Assembly: GCF_006345805.1 (NCBI RefSeq)
Contig: NC_043001.1
Location: 126,852,001 to 126,916,000, forward strand
Origin: Octopus sinensis
Taxonomy: Eukaryota
Direction of reading: 5' to 3'
Length of the DNA stretch: 64,000 bases
Shown here: in pieces, positions 39,753-52,175 of the stretch
How positions within the stretch are numbered: position 1 is the stretch's first letter
Layout: every line of letters begins with the position of its first letter
Program-made: the position numbers and the translations under genes
The notes under the pieces: generated by a model
Told to the model about the DNA's origin: nothing
What the model saw: only the letters and a program-made list of their open reading frames with translations
The model's database searches: none

Positions 39753-42334
39753 TAATAATCTTTTCTATGGGTCATAAGGGCCGAAAAACAAAATAAGGAG
39801 TAAAAAAACACCACCAAAAAAAAAAACACCACCAAAAAAAAAACTGACCACCATCACTACCACGACCACCACAACCACTATCACATTCACCACTATCATC
39901 ATACAACCACCGTCACCACCACCAACACCACTACAACCGCCTTCACTTCTCAGTACGACAGCAAACTTCACCAAACCTCCACCACAAAACCCCCATCGCC
40001 ACCAGCACCATCACCAGCACCACAACCACTCCTATCACCACTGCAACCATCACCACAGCCAACAACACTACACCAACCACTACCCAAACTATCATTTGCT
40101 TGGTTGAAAATAAATTTTAATTTTTGTTATGTTTAATTGAATATTTTAATTGAATATTTTTATTTAATTTCTTGTTATAGTTTATTTTACATTTAATTCT
40201 AGAATTTATTGTGTAAGTTCGTTGTTAAGGGTGATTCGGCGGTTTATAATTTATTTTACCAGCTTCTATTTGAAGAACACGCATATACACACGCATAATT
40301 CACACATTGAAAAACACTCGCATACATACTCATACATATACAATCAAATGCACACGCGCATACACATACTCTCAGATAAACACACGGATACACACACACA
40401 CACACACACACAATAGCACTCCTGCCCAAATACACAATACTTCTAATATACGCTTACACATTTTCCTATGTATTCCACTTACGTTACAACCGCACTCAAG
40501 CCGATAAACCAGCCAGCCTACACGCGCATGATATTCTCAACCACATCCAATAAACTCCCACATGCACTAATCCACACACACACACACACACACACGCACG
40601 TACGCACCACACACACACACACTCCCTGTAACCTTTACACATGTATGTCATGCACGTTCTTCCTTTTTCTACTTGTCACAGTGATTTCCGTTTTACATCG
40701 CTTTGCATCGCCACGCGTCGTTTAAACTCGTTGACAGCCGCGCCCTCACTCCTCGCCGCCCAACTTTGCTTTCAGTAGTAGTTGGCGTTGAAGTTGTTGT
40801 TCCCATCATTGTCGATGCTGTTGTCTAGCCTCGGTTCAACCCTAAGAAAACAGGCCTGTCTTTTTTCTTTTCTTTTTTTTTTTTGCTTTACTTCAGTCAT
40901 TGGGGTGCGGTAATTCCGGGGCACCACCCTAAACGGTTTGGTCGACCACATCGACCCCAGTACATATTTTCAAGCCTGATACATTTTTTATCGATCACAC
41001 ACACATACACACATACACACACACATGCATATTTAAATTTATATATATAATGTGAATGCGTATATGTAGATTTATGTATATAATGTGAATGTGAATGTCA
41101 ACATATACATATGTGTGCGCGTGTGTGCGTGTATGTATGTGTGTATGTAAATAGAATAATTAGCCTTCACTGTATACTGTCTATAGTAAATCTTATACAT
41201 AAATGGCAATTTCTGTCTGTCAATCTGTCTGTTACCATCTTGCTGCCTACACCAGTGAGCCAATCTAGACGAAACTTTGCATACATGTTAAGCTAACATC
41301 TAGTTGAATTATAGGTTAACTGGATTCCAATAAAATTTATAAGGTCCCCTAAGGGGATTGGGATATTATTTGATAAAATGAGAGGGGTGCAAGAGTGTTA
41401 GTACGAGAGAAATATGGTGACATAGTGAATGTGGCTGATATCAGGGAAGGCAAGAACAGCATTGTGTAAACGACAAATATGGAGTAGCAGTGGAATGAGA
41501 ACGTTAATACAGCTGTCATTCAGAGAGATATACATGCGACACTGCATACATACTTTCGTAAATACATAGTTGCATGCATACACACACAAGTAATCATTGT
41601 ACATGTGCACACACACACACACATGCTCATACATATGAGTAACCTTTAAAACGCCGAGGAAGGGAAAGAAAAGTGGCTGTGAGGGATACGTAGCTTTAAG
41701 GAGAGGGCGGTTGGTGACTTTTCTGTTGTCCATCGCAAACACTCACACACAGACACACACATACATATATATACATACATACGTACATACATGCATACAT
41801 ACATGTCTACTATATACCATTTTAAACTTGTGGTTACCTGTGTGTACGTTTGTAAATGTGTGTGTGTGTGCGCGTGTTTCAGAAAAATGATACTGAGGTT
41901 TAAACTTTAATCAGTTTTATCTAATAAAAAAAACAGGATTTGGAAGCTGCATGATAGCTGCCTATCACAAAATGAAAGGAAAATCATTACGAGGAGAAAT
42001 TTTTATTAAACACAAGCAAAGCAACGTTTTAATAAGTTTTAATGTATAAAGTCATGTGAAACAGTCGTACAGACATGTAAATAATTTAAAAAGGTAAAAC
42101 ATCCTCAACGAATTTTTTTGTGAAAAATTGCACAAAACTTTCCTGATCAAGACACCTATATGTCGAGGAAGGCGTGGTCTGACGTGGAATAAACAAAAAT
42201 TTATATAAGACATTCAAGTGTAAACATTTCCCGGCAACGACGGGCTATTCAGCTAGTAATATTATAATAGAATTCGTTTATATTCTTTTATTCATTTACG
42301 CGTTTCAGTCCAAAGGCTGGACCCATGGTGCAGC

Positions 42335-43250
42335 ACCGCCATTATTATCACCTTTTCAGTGACCATTTATTTCGTTGGCTTTTGGTGAAGAAGGGAGCTC
42401 AATATTTCTGCCCCTTTTGAATTTCTTTCTGCGATGTAGGTTCATCTGGGACCTTGAACAGCAGGAGGCCAAGTAGTTTTTTGAAAACATATACCCCTAC
42501 TTTACGTAGATCTCTCTATTACATAGCCGTGGGCCCCTGAATCCCAAGCTATTGCAGTGCCACTATTCAGGGCACTATTACTGATGGTTGAAGACAAATG
42601 TCCTCCAGAGAACCAGCAGAGTTGCCTGGTTCTTTGTTTTGATAGTTCTGAATCTACATTCCCATCATCTAGGTCTTATGCACATGAAGGAGGTGTTGCA
42701 CATATCAAACCCCAAACTTCACATTGGGCTAGCAGCCCCCTTCTACACAAAGTATCGTTCTTGCAGCATGTTTGCAGAAGCTGGTTGATAGCGGAGATCT
42801 CAGAATTACTTTGCATGCTGTTTTCTTATATATGGCATCAAGGTCTTTCTATTATATAAGATTATCTTCGAAAGGTTGCATGACTGCTTGTACTGCTTTT
42901 GTGTCGTCGCATAGCTAATAAATATAGCTATGTTTGCATAACGTATGGCATGTCCAAAATAGCTATCATAAACAGCAGCAACCGCACATTTCCCTGAGTC
43001 ACTTCACTTGCTATTATTCCTCTCCTTGGAGAAAGCCCCATTGCTTTCACAGCTTGGTTTCTGACTTTTAAGAAGTTATGTAACCGCTGACCCAAACAGA
43101 ATCATTAGTGAGGGATTATCGAACCGGGAAAATACTTTATAATCCTTCTGTTAGTACACCACGTCAGCAAATATTGTTTAGACTAGTAAATAACTCTGCG
43201 TATTCTTCTGGCAGAGTCCGCAATTATACTTCACCCCCAACGAACATTGT
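42335..43250 (-). mobile_element. Degenerate non-LTR retrotransposon (CR1/L2-like) ORF2 C-terminus
   Basis: Minus strand FKKLLGLLLFKVPDEP matches the FK..LD..L..VPDEP terminal motif; the upstream sequence is frameshifted. Confidence 0.55.
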
Positions 43251-43351
43251 GAAAGTGTACGTTCTTTACAGGTAAGCCACCAGGTGTATACCATACGATT
43301 CACAATCTAATAGTTATATATATACCATACACATATACATATATACATATA

Positions 43352-43385
<34 letters not shown>

Positions 43386-43438
43386 AATATGCATATATAT
43401 GTCTATGTATATCTATATGTATATATATATATGTATAC

Positions 43439-43507
<69 letters not shown>

Positions 43508-43649
43508 TATACATATATACATACATATCTATCTAGCTAGCTAGATAGATAGATAGATAGGTAAGCGGTGTATGCGTATTTTAGATATAAGTATACGTAT
43601 GTGTATGTATATATTCAATATATGCATGTTTGACTTTGGGTGTATAGAT

Positions 43650-43684
<35 letters not shown>

Positions 43685-43709
43685 ACACACACACACATAT
43701 ATATATATA

Positions 43710-43841
43710 TACATACAAAATTAAGAGGAATGACCACTAAAGTGAACACCTAACGCACTCATCGTGGTAATGGTGATTTGACGTCATGTTTAGCATATTA
43801 GGTGTCCACTTTAGTGGTCATTCCTCTTAATTTTGTATGTA
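43710..43841. repeat. Inverted repeat: 44-bp arms, 44-nt spacer, after (TA)n
   Basis: TACATACAAAATTAAGAGGAATGACCACTAAAGTGAACACCTAA / TTAGGTGTCCACTTTAGTGGTCATTCCTCTTAATTTTGTATGTA (1 mismatch). Confidence 0.93.
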
Positions 43842-43929
43842 ACACAATTTTTAATCCTTGAATTTTTTAAACATACTAAGCCACTGGTTTTAATTCATTA
43901 GTATCAATTTCTCCCCTTATTATTTGATT

Positions 43930-43965
<36 letters not shown>

Positions 43966-43968
43966 TAA

Positions 43969-44000
<32 letters not shown>

Positions 44001-44084
44001 ACTTAGAATAACTTAGAAAGGTTTTGGCCAGTATTGGCCCAGGCCATGTCTAACTTAATAGCACCACCTGGCACTTAATAGCAC

Positions 44085-44140
<56 letters not shown>

Positions 44141-44185
44141 ATATGCATATATATATATGTATACATATATATATGTATATATATA

Positions 44186-44254
<69 letters not shown>

Positions 44255-44443
44255 CAATTTAGGAGTGACCCTAACAGGTCATTCGTCCACCAGATTGTTA
44301 TATTTATATATAATTGTTATATTTATATATTTAGTCGATGACTATTTTCTCTTTTCCACCAGGCCGCTGGTAGCGATAGATTTCTATTGAATTTTTTTGC
44401 TACCCTAAATTGACTAATATATATATATATATATATATAAATG

Positions 44444-44495
<52 letters not shown>

Positions 44496-44555
44496 ATGAA
44501 ATTTGATTTAATCTTAAATCTAATTTTTCCCTGTAAGTTTGGATATACTCACTAA

Positions 44556-44589
<34 letters not shown>

Positions 44590-45004
44590 TATAAAGAGAG
44601 AGAGATGAATTCGAGTTTACTGTGACTTCCAGGTTTCGCCTCACGATTCACTCAAATAGATGAATGAGCTCATCTGCGGAAGTTGAAGACACCCATCAAC
44701 TGGAACTTTACGGTTTGATTATCTCATATTGAATCTCATGCGTCAGTGACTGCGTGAATGTTTGTGTGTAAGCATCTCTCTCCCTCTCCCTCTCTCTCTT
44801 TCTCTCTCTCTCTATATATAATATATAGATATGTGTCCATGTTGTGTGTATGCGCGTGTTTGTGTGAGTGTGTGAGCGTATATATGTATCTATTTTAACC
44901 ATGCGTATCCTCACACATACTTATATGCATATAAATATGCATGTATGTACGTATATACATACATACATTTATATCTATATCTGTATGTTAATATATATGT
45001 GTAA

Positions 45005-45044
<40 letters not shown>

Positions 45045-45060
45045 GTATGTATATATATAG

Positions 45061-45091
45061 ATATATATATGTATGTATGTACCCACGAATC

Positions 45092-45164
<73 letters not shown>

Positions 45165-45192
45165 TCGTGGGTACATACATACATATATATAT
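45061..45192. repeat. Palindrome centred on (TA)n
   Basis: ATGTATGTATGTACCCACGAATCCTG (TA)n CAGAATTCGTGGGTACATACATACAT. Confidence 0.92.
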
Positions 45193-45233
45193 ATATACAT
45201 ATATATACATACATACATACATACATACATACA

Positions 45234-45264
<31 letters not shown>

Positions 45265-45265
<1 letters not shown>

Positions 45266-45812
45266 ATATTTGAAATAATAGCATGAAATTCAATATCAAA
45301 AAAATTACTCACGAAGGTATCTATGTCTAAAATAGTTTTGTATTAAAAATATATGTAAATATATGAAACATGACAGTTTTAAAATTTGTTAATGAATGCA
45401 TCTTACGGTTGTTTTACGAAAGTATTGTCATTATAATGGAATCCATTGTTGATACACATTGATAGATAATACTTCCGCTCGTCAGAGATGGAGAAGGTAA
45501 AGTTTTTAGAATAGATCGAATGTTGTTTTAACATTAGAAAAAATATGAGAAAGTATTTTTGAAAAACAGATTAAAATCTACAGGTTTGGATTTATGCAGG
45601 TCGACTTTGGAAATAAAATTTAAAGTTTGTGTCTATATCCTTGGTAAGTTCGTCTCAGTAATCCATGACTGGTTTTGATTTATGCAGATAAACTTTGGTA
45701 AGAAAATTTCGTGTTTGTATATATATATATCCTTGTTAAATTCATCTTGGTAATCCATGACAATTTTGTGTAATCAGTACTTTATCATGCATTCTATATT
45801 TGAGATGTAGAA
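45265..45812 (+). repeat. Left arm of a long inverted repeat
   Basis: Revcomp-collinear with 47942-48505 (e.g. AATATTTGAAATAATAGCATGAAATTCAATATC; GAAAGTATTGTCATTATAATGGAATCCATTGTTGATACACATTGATAGATAATAC). Confidence 0.95.
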
Positions 45813-45869
45813 GGTCGAATTTGGAGGTCAAAAATATATGAAGGGTACTAAAGTAAAGATCTACATAGC

Positions 45870-47073
45870 ACAAATGGAATTAAATAAAGCTACAGGTTAT
45901 ACTAAAATAAGAAATAAAGATAACCTCAGCAATAAGAAATGTCACTCCATTAATACAAAATGAAGAAACATCTATAAAATACAACAACAAAAAAAGAAAA
46001 AGTGATGATAGACAAAGAAATAAATATAATAATAACAATAAACACTTTGCAAAAATACACAAATCTTCAAATCAATATATACATATAATAAGAGCAGAAA
46101 GAGAGATATTGTCCGGTATACACCTCCATTGTCAGTAAATGTTAAGGGCTTAGTAAACATGTTGTTAAATATAGTTTTAAAAAGGCTTTCCTGGTAATCA
46201 TAAATATCATCACATATTTAACAGATCATCAGTTAAAATATCCTTCTCTAGAACACTATACATAGGATCTATTATTGCCAACTCTAATAGAAGAAAAATT
46301 AATGAATATAAAAATATAAAAATAGCTTTAGTAATAATAGCAATAACAATTCTAATAATGAAATAAACAGTAACACTAAGATTCCAGATAATGCTCAAAA
46401 TACTAGAATACATAGCAATGATGTCAATAGAAGAAAATTCTAACAACCATATATTTGAAAATATACAATATGCTTTAGGTAATACAATGCCACAAACTAA
46501 TAGTAGTAATAATTCACAAATAGTAAATATATCTAACTCCAAGACTACAGCAAATTCAATGATAACATTAAGCACCATAACAAATAATCATAATAATATT
46601 AAATATTATACCTCTGAACAGAAATATAAAAATAAAACTTTGCTCATGTAAAAATAAAGAATTATGCCCCTTCGAAGGTAAATGTAGAAGATTTAACATA
46701 ATATACAAGTGCAGTTGCATTAATGGATAGTTTAAGTAATATGGTATTCATAGAGTTCTGTTAACTTTAAGCTAAGATTTTAGCACACATACATTCCTTT
46801 AAGCCTTACATAACTAGTAATAATAATTCATTAGCTACCTACATACATAAATTGTTACAAAATAAAGTTAACTATAGATTATATTGGTCAATAATAAATT
46901 CTGCTGCACCATTTACACATATTTGCTGTCTCTATACAAAGGAATCACTATATATTTTACTGTATAGTCTAAAGAACTTAATAAATTGTCAATCAGAATT
47001 GTTTTCAACATGTAGACATAAACTCTATAAAACTTTTAAATATTATAAAAGATGCAATAAAGATTTACATTAG
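45870..47073 (+). mobile_element. Penelope-like element 3' half (Asn-rich linker + GIY-YIG endonuclease), degenerate
   Basis: RDIVRYTPPLSVNVKG, FPGNHKYHHIFNRSSVKISFS, CSCKNKELCPFEGKC..NIIYKC, NFKLRF, SLATYIHKL...YWSII...LINCQSELFSTCRHK. Confidence 0.87.
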
Positions 47074-47389
47074 TGTCTATTATTTATCATTTATAGTAAC
47101 GATATCAAAACAAGGAAATAATTATAAATAGATTGGTAGATAAAGTAATTAAAAAATTTTTGACCATAAACATATTTACACGACATATATTATACATTAA
47201 ACGATTGATAAATCAGTTTTCTTGGAATTTGAACCTGTACGCATTTAACCTGCAATAAATAGACTTTTCCAGTTGTAAAAAAAAATATAATTTAAAATTT
47301 AAATTGGTATCTTCCTGTTATACAAATTTGAGGAGGGATGGCTAAATCTTTAAAAAAAAAAGAACACGTTTTATTCAGACCTAAGCGGG

Positions 47390-47860
47390 TCAGAGGTGTC
47401 ATCAGAATTATCGTCATCTGAGGAGGAGCTCGTGCGAGCTATAGAAGTAATGGACAGGTGCCTGAAGAAAAAGAGTTTCGCAGAGGTGACGGAGAGCCCT
47501 AAGAAAGATGCAAATCTGAAAAACTTAAGAAATTTTGAAAAAATGTTAAACAGAGACGGTGGTGACGTGAAATTGTCACCACCGCAGGACGTTATGAGAA
47601 ACAGAAAAGAAAAGAAGAGAGTATATAATGTTTACTCAGTAAAAGAAAAGTGAACCTACGGATGTGATAGAAAAGGTATTGAGGCCAATCTGGCAAGATA
47701 TAAAATATCTTGCCAGAGGAAGCCGATATGGCACTGTCGATGTATACTTTAAAAACAAGGAAAAGGCGAGGAAGAACTCGGCAAACCCATTGATGACGGA
47801 AGGGAAGAACTTTCAGGGTCGCTATCATTATAAATTCAGTAAATTTTCTAAATGACCCCA
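47390..47860 (+). mobile_element. Possible ORF1/gag-like N-terminal relic of a non-LTR retroelement
   Basis: ORFs 47396-47653 and 47664-47855 (SFAEV.., IEKVLRPIWQDIKYLARGSRYGTVDVYFKNKEKA) have non-repetitive coding composition; family uncertain. Confidence 0.35.
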
Positions 47861-47941
47861 TCCGCATATTAAATGTCAAATCATTCGATTTAATTGTATT
47901 GTCTTTATCTATGTATATCCTTCATGGAAAATGAAAAATAA

Positions 47942-48021
47942 TTCTACATCTCAAATATGGAATGCAGGATAGGGTACTGTTTACACAAAATTATCATGGA
48001 TCACCATGATGAATTTAACAA

Positions 48022-48054
<33 letters not shown>

Positions 48055-48505
48055 AACTCGAAATTTTCTTACCAAAGTCTATCAGCATAAATCAAAAATA
48101 TTCATGGATTACTGAGACAAACTTACCAAGGATATAGACACAAATTTTAAATTTTATTACTAAAGTCGACCTGCATAAATCCAAACCTGTAAATTTTAAT
48201 CTGTTTTTCAAAAATACTTTCTCATATTTTTTCTAATGTTGAAACAACATTCGATCTATTCTAAAAACTTTATCTTCTCCATCTCTGACGAACGAAAGTA
48301 TTATCTATCAATGTGTATCAACAATGGATTCCATTATAATGACAATACTTTCGTAAAACAACCGTAAGATGCATTAATTAACAAATTTTAAAGCTGTCCT
48401 ATTTCATATATTTACATATATTTTTAATACAAAACTATTTTAGACATAGATATCTTGGTGAGTAATTTTTTTGATATTGAATTTCATGCTATTATTTCAA
48501 ATATT
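47942..48505 (-). repeat. Right arm of the long inverted repeat
   Basis: Revcomp of 45265-45812, including a shared internal (TA)n of different length. Confidence 0.95.
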
Positions 48506-49084
48506 GTAGTAATGTCTAAATACTTTATAATAATATTAATATTTTTGACATTTTATACAAAGAGCACTCATTATAAATTCAGTGTATAATATTCTAACAG
48601 AATATATTTAATTAATAAATCATACATACATACATATACACACTCAAGCACATATACTGTAAATTCACTGCAATAAAGGAAACTATGCAATGACCACTAT
48701 TCATACCTTACCAGAGATATAATAAGAAGAATATATGTATGTATGTTTGCAAATAGATATATATATATATATATGTGTGTGTGTGTATGTGTGTATGTAT
48801 GTGTGTGTGTGTGTATGTATGTGTGTGTGTATGTATGTGTGTGTGTGTGTGTGTATGTATGTGTGTGTGTGTATGTATGTATGTGTGTGTATGTATATAT
48901 ATGTGTCAGTAGCTTTAAAAGATGTAAATGGAAGAAGTACGTCGTTCGCCACCCGCCTACAGATATATTTATGTATAGATGTATGTATGTACATATATAT
49001 GTGTGTTGGTGTGTTTGTGTGTATAAATGTTTATGAATATATGTATTTGTGTATAAGTATATTAGTGTGTGTGTATCTTTCTGT

Positions 49085-49235
49085 TTGACGAACGGTGTGG
49101 GTATTTTTCGTCCCCGTAACCTAATGGCTCAATACTGAGAATGAAAATGAGACAGTAGGTACCAGGGTTTTAAATAAAATAAGCATTGGAGGAGGGGTTT
49201 TTTCGACTAAATCCTCAAATGACTTAAACAAGTAA
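49085..49235 (+). mobile_element. SINE family C 3' fragment, diverged
   Basis: TTGACGAACGGTGTGGG..TTTTCGTCCCCGTAAC..A..GGCTCA; TTCGACTAAA. Confidence 0.6.
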
Positions 49236-49334
49236 GCGGTAAGTCATATAAATATGTATAAAATTTCCCCAAACAAAATGCAACCTAGTTTAATTAAAAT
49301 AAAAATGCTTAAAACAGAGCACAGGTTAGAATTA

Positions 49335-50500
49335 ACTATTAACTAATAATTCATTGTTTAGATGTGTGACATATTTAGTCCAGATGAAAGGCGTCTGAGA
49401 AGCTAAATATCATTTGCGTAGAAATATTAAGCCACTGGTGTATCTGTTCTTTACGGTTGCTCGCGCGTGTAGCGAGAACTGGATCGAAATGCTGAATAAA
49501 CATTTCACTTGAACATTCATCAAATCTTTCAAGTACTTCACCACCACTCAACCGTCGTACATTATTGTACATTAGTAAACATTTGTACAGTGTAAGCTAA
49601 TTCAGCTTCATTTAAAAGTAAATTAAATTCTCTTTTACGAAAAGCATTGGCAGCCATCAAATTGACTAGAATACTTCCTGATGTACAATGGAATGAAAAG
49701 AAAGATATGATTCACTACAGCTGCAAATTGCGTTACAATACTTACATTTAGACCTACCATAACATGGACGCCATCAGTCTTAACCGAAGCTATTTTTGAC
49801 AAATCTATTTAGCTTTCAGAAAACATTTTAGCAACAGTGTCGCTTAAATCTTTTCTTAGCGTGTTTTGAGGCGAATTTACTGATTTAACTCCTCATGAAT
49901 AGAATCACGGTGAAAATACTCCAATATAATAGCTAATCGAGCTGATGAATAAATATCATTGATTAAGACCGAGAAACAAACTGCAGGTAATTAAATGTTG
50001 TTGAACTTAATTTTCTGACTGCGTTCATTTTCATAACTGTCTTTTAACGAAATTTCTGCTTATTCATTCATACACATTCTAAAAGCGTCCTTATTGTAGA
50101 GATCATCAGAATAAAAATAACGTAAGCTTTGTTGATAAACTCACCATCACTTTGTTATTTTCCATGATCAACAATAGTATGTAAAGCACGAGAACTTGCA
50201 GCAACAAAACGGAAAGACCCTACTAAATATGTCATTAATTTATATTAACTAGGAAGTATTTCCGTATTATCTATTTGGGATATATATTCTTTGCGATCTT
50301 CGACTATTTTTCGAGTGTCGACTGGTAATTCGCATCAACATGTCGTTTACAACTCTAAGTTCTCAAATAGGCCCTCCACACAATTTACAACGCTTTATTA
50401 CTCGTATCAATAACGCCATTTTCAGCTCATCAGTCTTACAATTTTCATCCTCAACTTTTCCGTGAAATATAAAATTTTAGCAGTTGATGTCATTTTGGTT
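49335..50500 (-). mobile_element. hAT transposase relic (GTF2IRD2/Spin-like group)
   Basis: Minus-strand fragments in the expected order: CKLCGG (BED-like), AASSRALHTIVDHGK*QSDGEFI, KIASVKTDGVHVMVG, HC, VNLMAANAFRKREFNLLL, VRRLSGGEVLERF, QWL; TIRs not found. Confidence 0.8.
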
Positions 50501-51449
50501 GGTTTCAAATAACTAACTGAAACGAAAGAAGGAAAGAATTGAAAAGGTAACTTAATATCATTACATTGTCCTTTCAATTTAGCCTGCACGAGCGGTCAAA
50601 TATAACTTGCTAATACGATGAAATAATTTAGAATTATCTGACAATCACAAATTTCTTGCAGCTGGTCTACGTATCCGCTAGTACCCTAACACCTGCATTC
50701 GAAATACGGTTATAGAAGAGTAGGTGTGAAAATATTCTCGAGATGACGAGTTATCGATGATAATCAATCGAGCAACCTATTTCATACGACTTTAAGGCTA
50801 GAGACTATGAACAACTTCGATAAAGCTTTGGACTGACAGTTCTGGAGGAGTATTGACAGCTTGCAGTCAATACTCGGGTAAAATAACGCCATGAATCAGA
50901 CCAGTTCGGTATGCGCAGAGACGTAAAACCGTTCTCCGCACACTTGTTTAATAATTGAGTACTGTCGATTTATAAGAAACGTACGTCGAACCTTAGTTTT
51001 ATTGAAGAGGACGAACCTGTTTTTCAGCCGAATCCATCGTGATGTTCGCTACATCACCTTACATTGGTTGGGTAAGGCAGGTAGCTTTTGTCTCTCTAGC
51101 GCTTATGCTCAAAGACATTGTATGGTGTAAAATACTAAAAAGAATGAAACCAGAGACTTTCTTTTTCGGTCAAACCCATATCAATTTCTTCGAGTTCGAC
51201 TTAGAGTGAGATTCTGCCCTCCAGTAACTTTGTTGTAAGCTGGGTGTGATTCATGGGAATAGGCTAATATTCATTACTGTTTACCCTAATTTGAATTCTT
51301 TCATTTTTTTAATATCTTTGTGTTCTATATGTTTTCGTTTTTTCAAATTCATTCCACATAAACTACTGCTAAGAAATCATCATCACCATCATCATCACCA
51401 TCACCATCGTTACTGTCATCACCATAATCATAATCATCAGCAAGAGTAT

Positions 51450-52175
51450 TATAATTATTATTATTATACGTTTGACTTTTGCATTTCATTGGTACAAGTT
51501 GACTCCAAGTCTCACCCAGAGACCTCAAGAGACAACAAGTTAGAAGTTCATGTTGGTGTTATGCCTAGGGTGTCATATATTTGGTTTTGCACTTAGTACT
51601 GTTCTAGAGAATGTTTAAGAAAACATAAGAAAATGATGTGCTTGTTTTAAAATTTGAGATTATATAGTATTTTACGTAGGATATGGGCAATTACCATGAG
51701 AACTATCTTTTGAATTTCTACCATTTGGGGGTTTCTTTGTATCTGAGCTAAGTAGCAATCAGCCACTTTTGCTATCATTCCTAGGACACCTATGACAACA
51801 GGTATTGTTTTGCCAATTTCTATTTCAAGATCTTTATACGTGTTCAATTTTTGAGGATCTTGACAGACATTTATGTCGATTGGGACAGTCATATCAATTA
51901 GGAGGCATGATTTTTGTCTGAAGTCTTTCAATATAATGTCCGGCCTGTTCGCATCTATCTTTCTGTCAGTTTGAATGGTGAAGTTCCAGAGGAATGAGAT
52001 GTGATCATTTGTAAGCACTGGAGGTGGTTCGTGTTCCTACCAGTTTTTATCATGGGGCAAGTCCATGTTTTTGCAAATTACCCAATGAATATATCGTGCT
52101 GCACTATCATGCTTGTTGAAATAATCTGTAGATGCAAGAAGACTGCACATGGAGTCATCGTCTGTACCTATCTAG
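51450..52175 (-). mobile_element. R4/Dong-type non-LTR retrotransposon 3' end (RLE endonuclease)
   Basis: KHDSAARYIHWVICK, FLWNFTIQTDRKIDANRPDIILKD, LIDMTVP, YKDLEIEI, VVIGVLG, EIQKIVL; the 3' UTR ends in (TAA)n. Confidence 0.9.

Noticed and set aside
44625-44690. Second hammerhead-like string (minus CAGATGA...GCGAAAC...GTC)
   Set aside because: The core is mutated and no stem I pairing is present; too degenerate to support.
46210-46578. Hydrophobic 122-aa minus ORF resembling a chemoreceptor or GPCR
   Set aside because: It is the antisense of the Asn-rich Penelope linker (AAT becomes ATT = Ile); the plus strand carries clear Penelope motifs.
50140-50150. Minus-strand GTGAGT donor suggesting a host exon
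   Set aside because: It falls within the hAT SDGEF motif and is coincidental.
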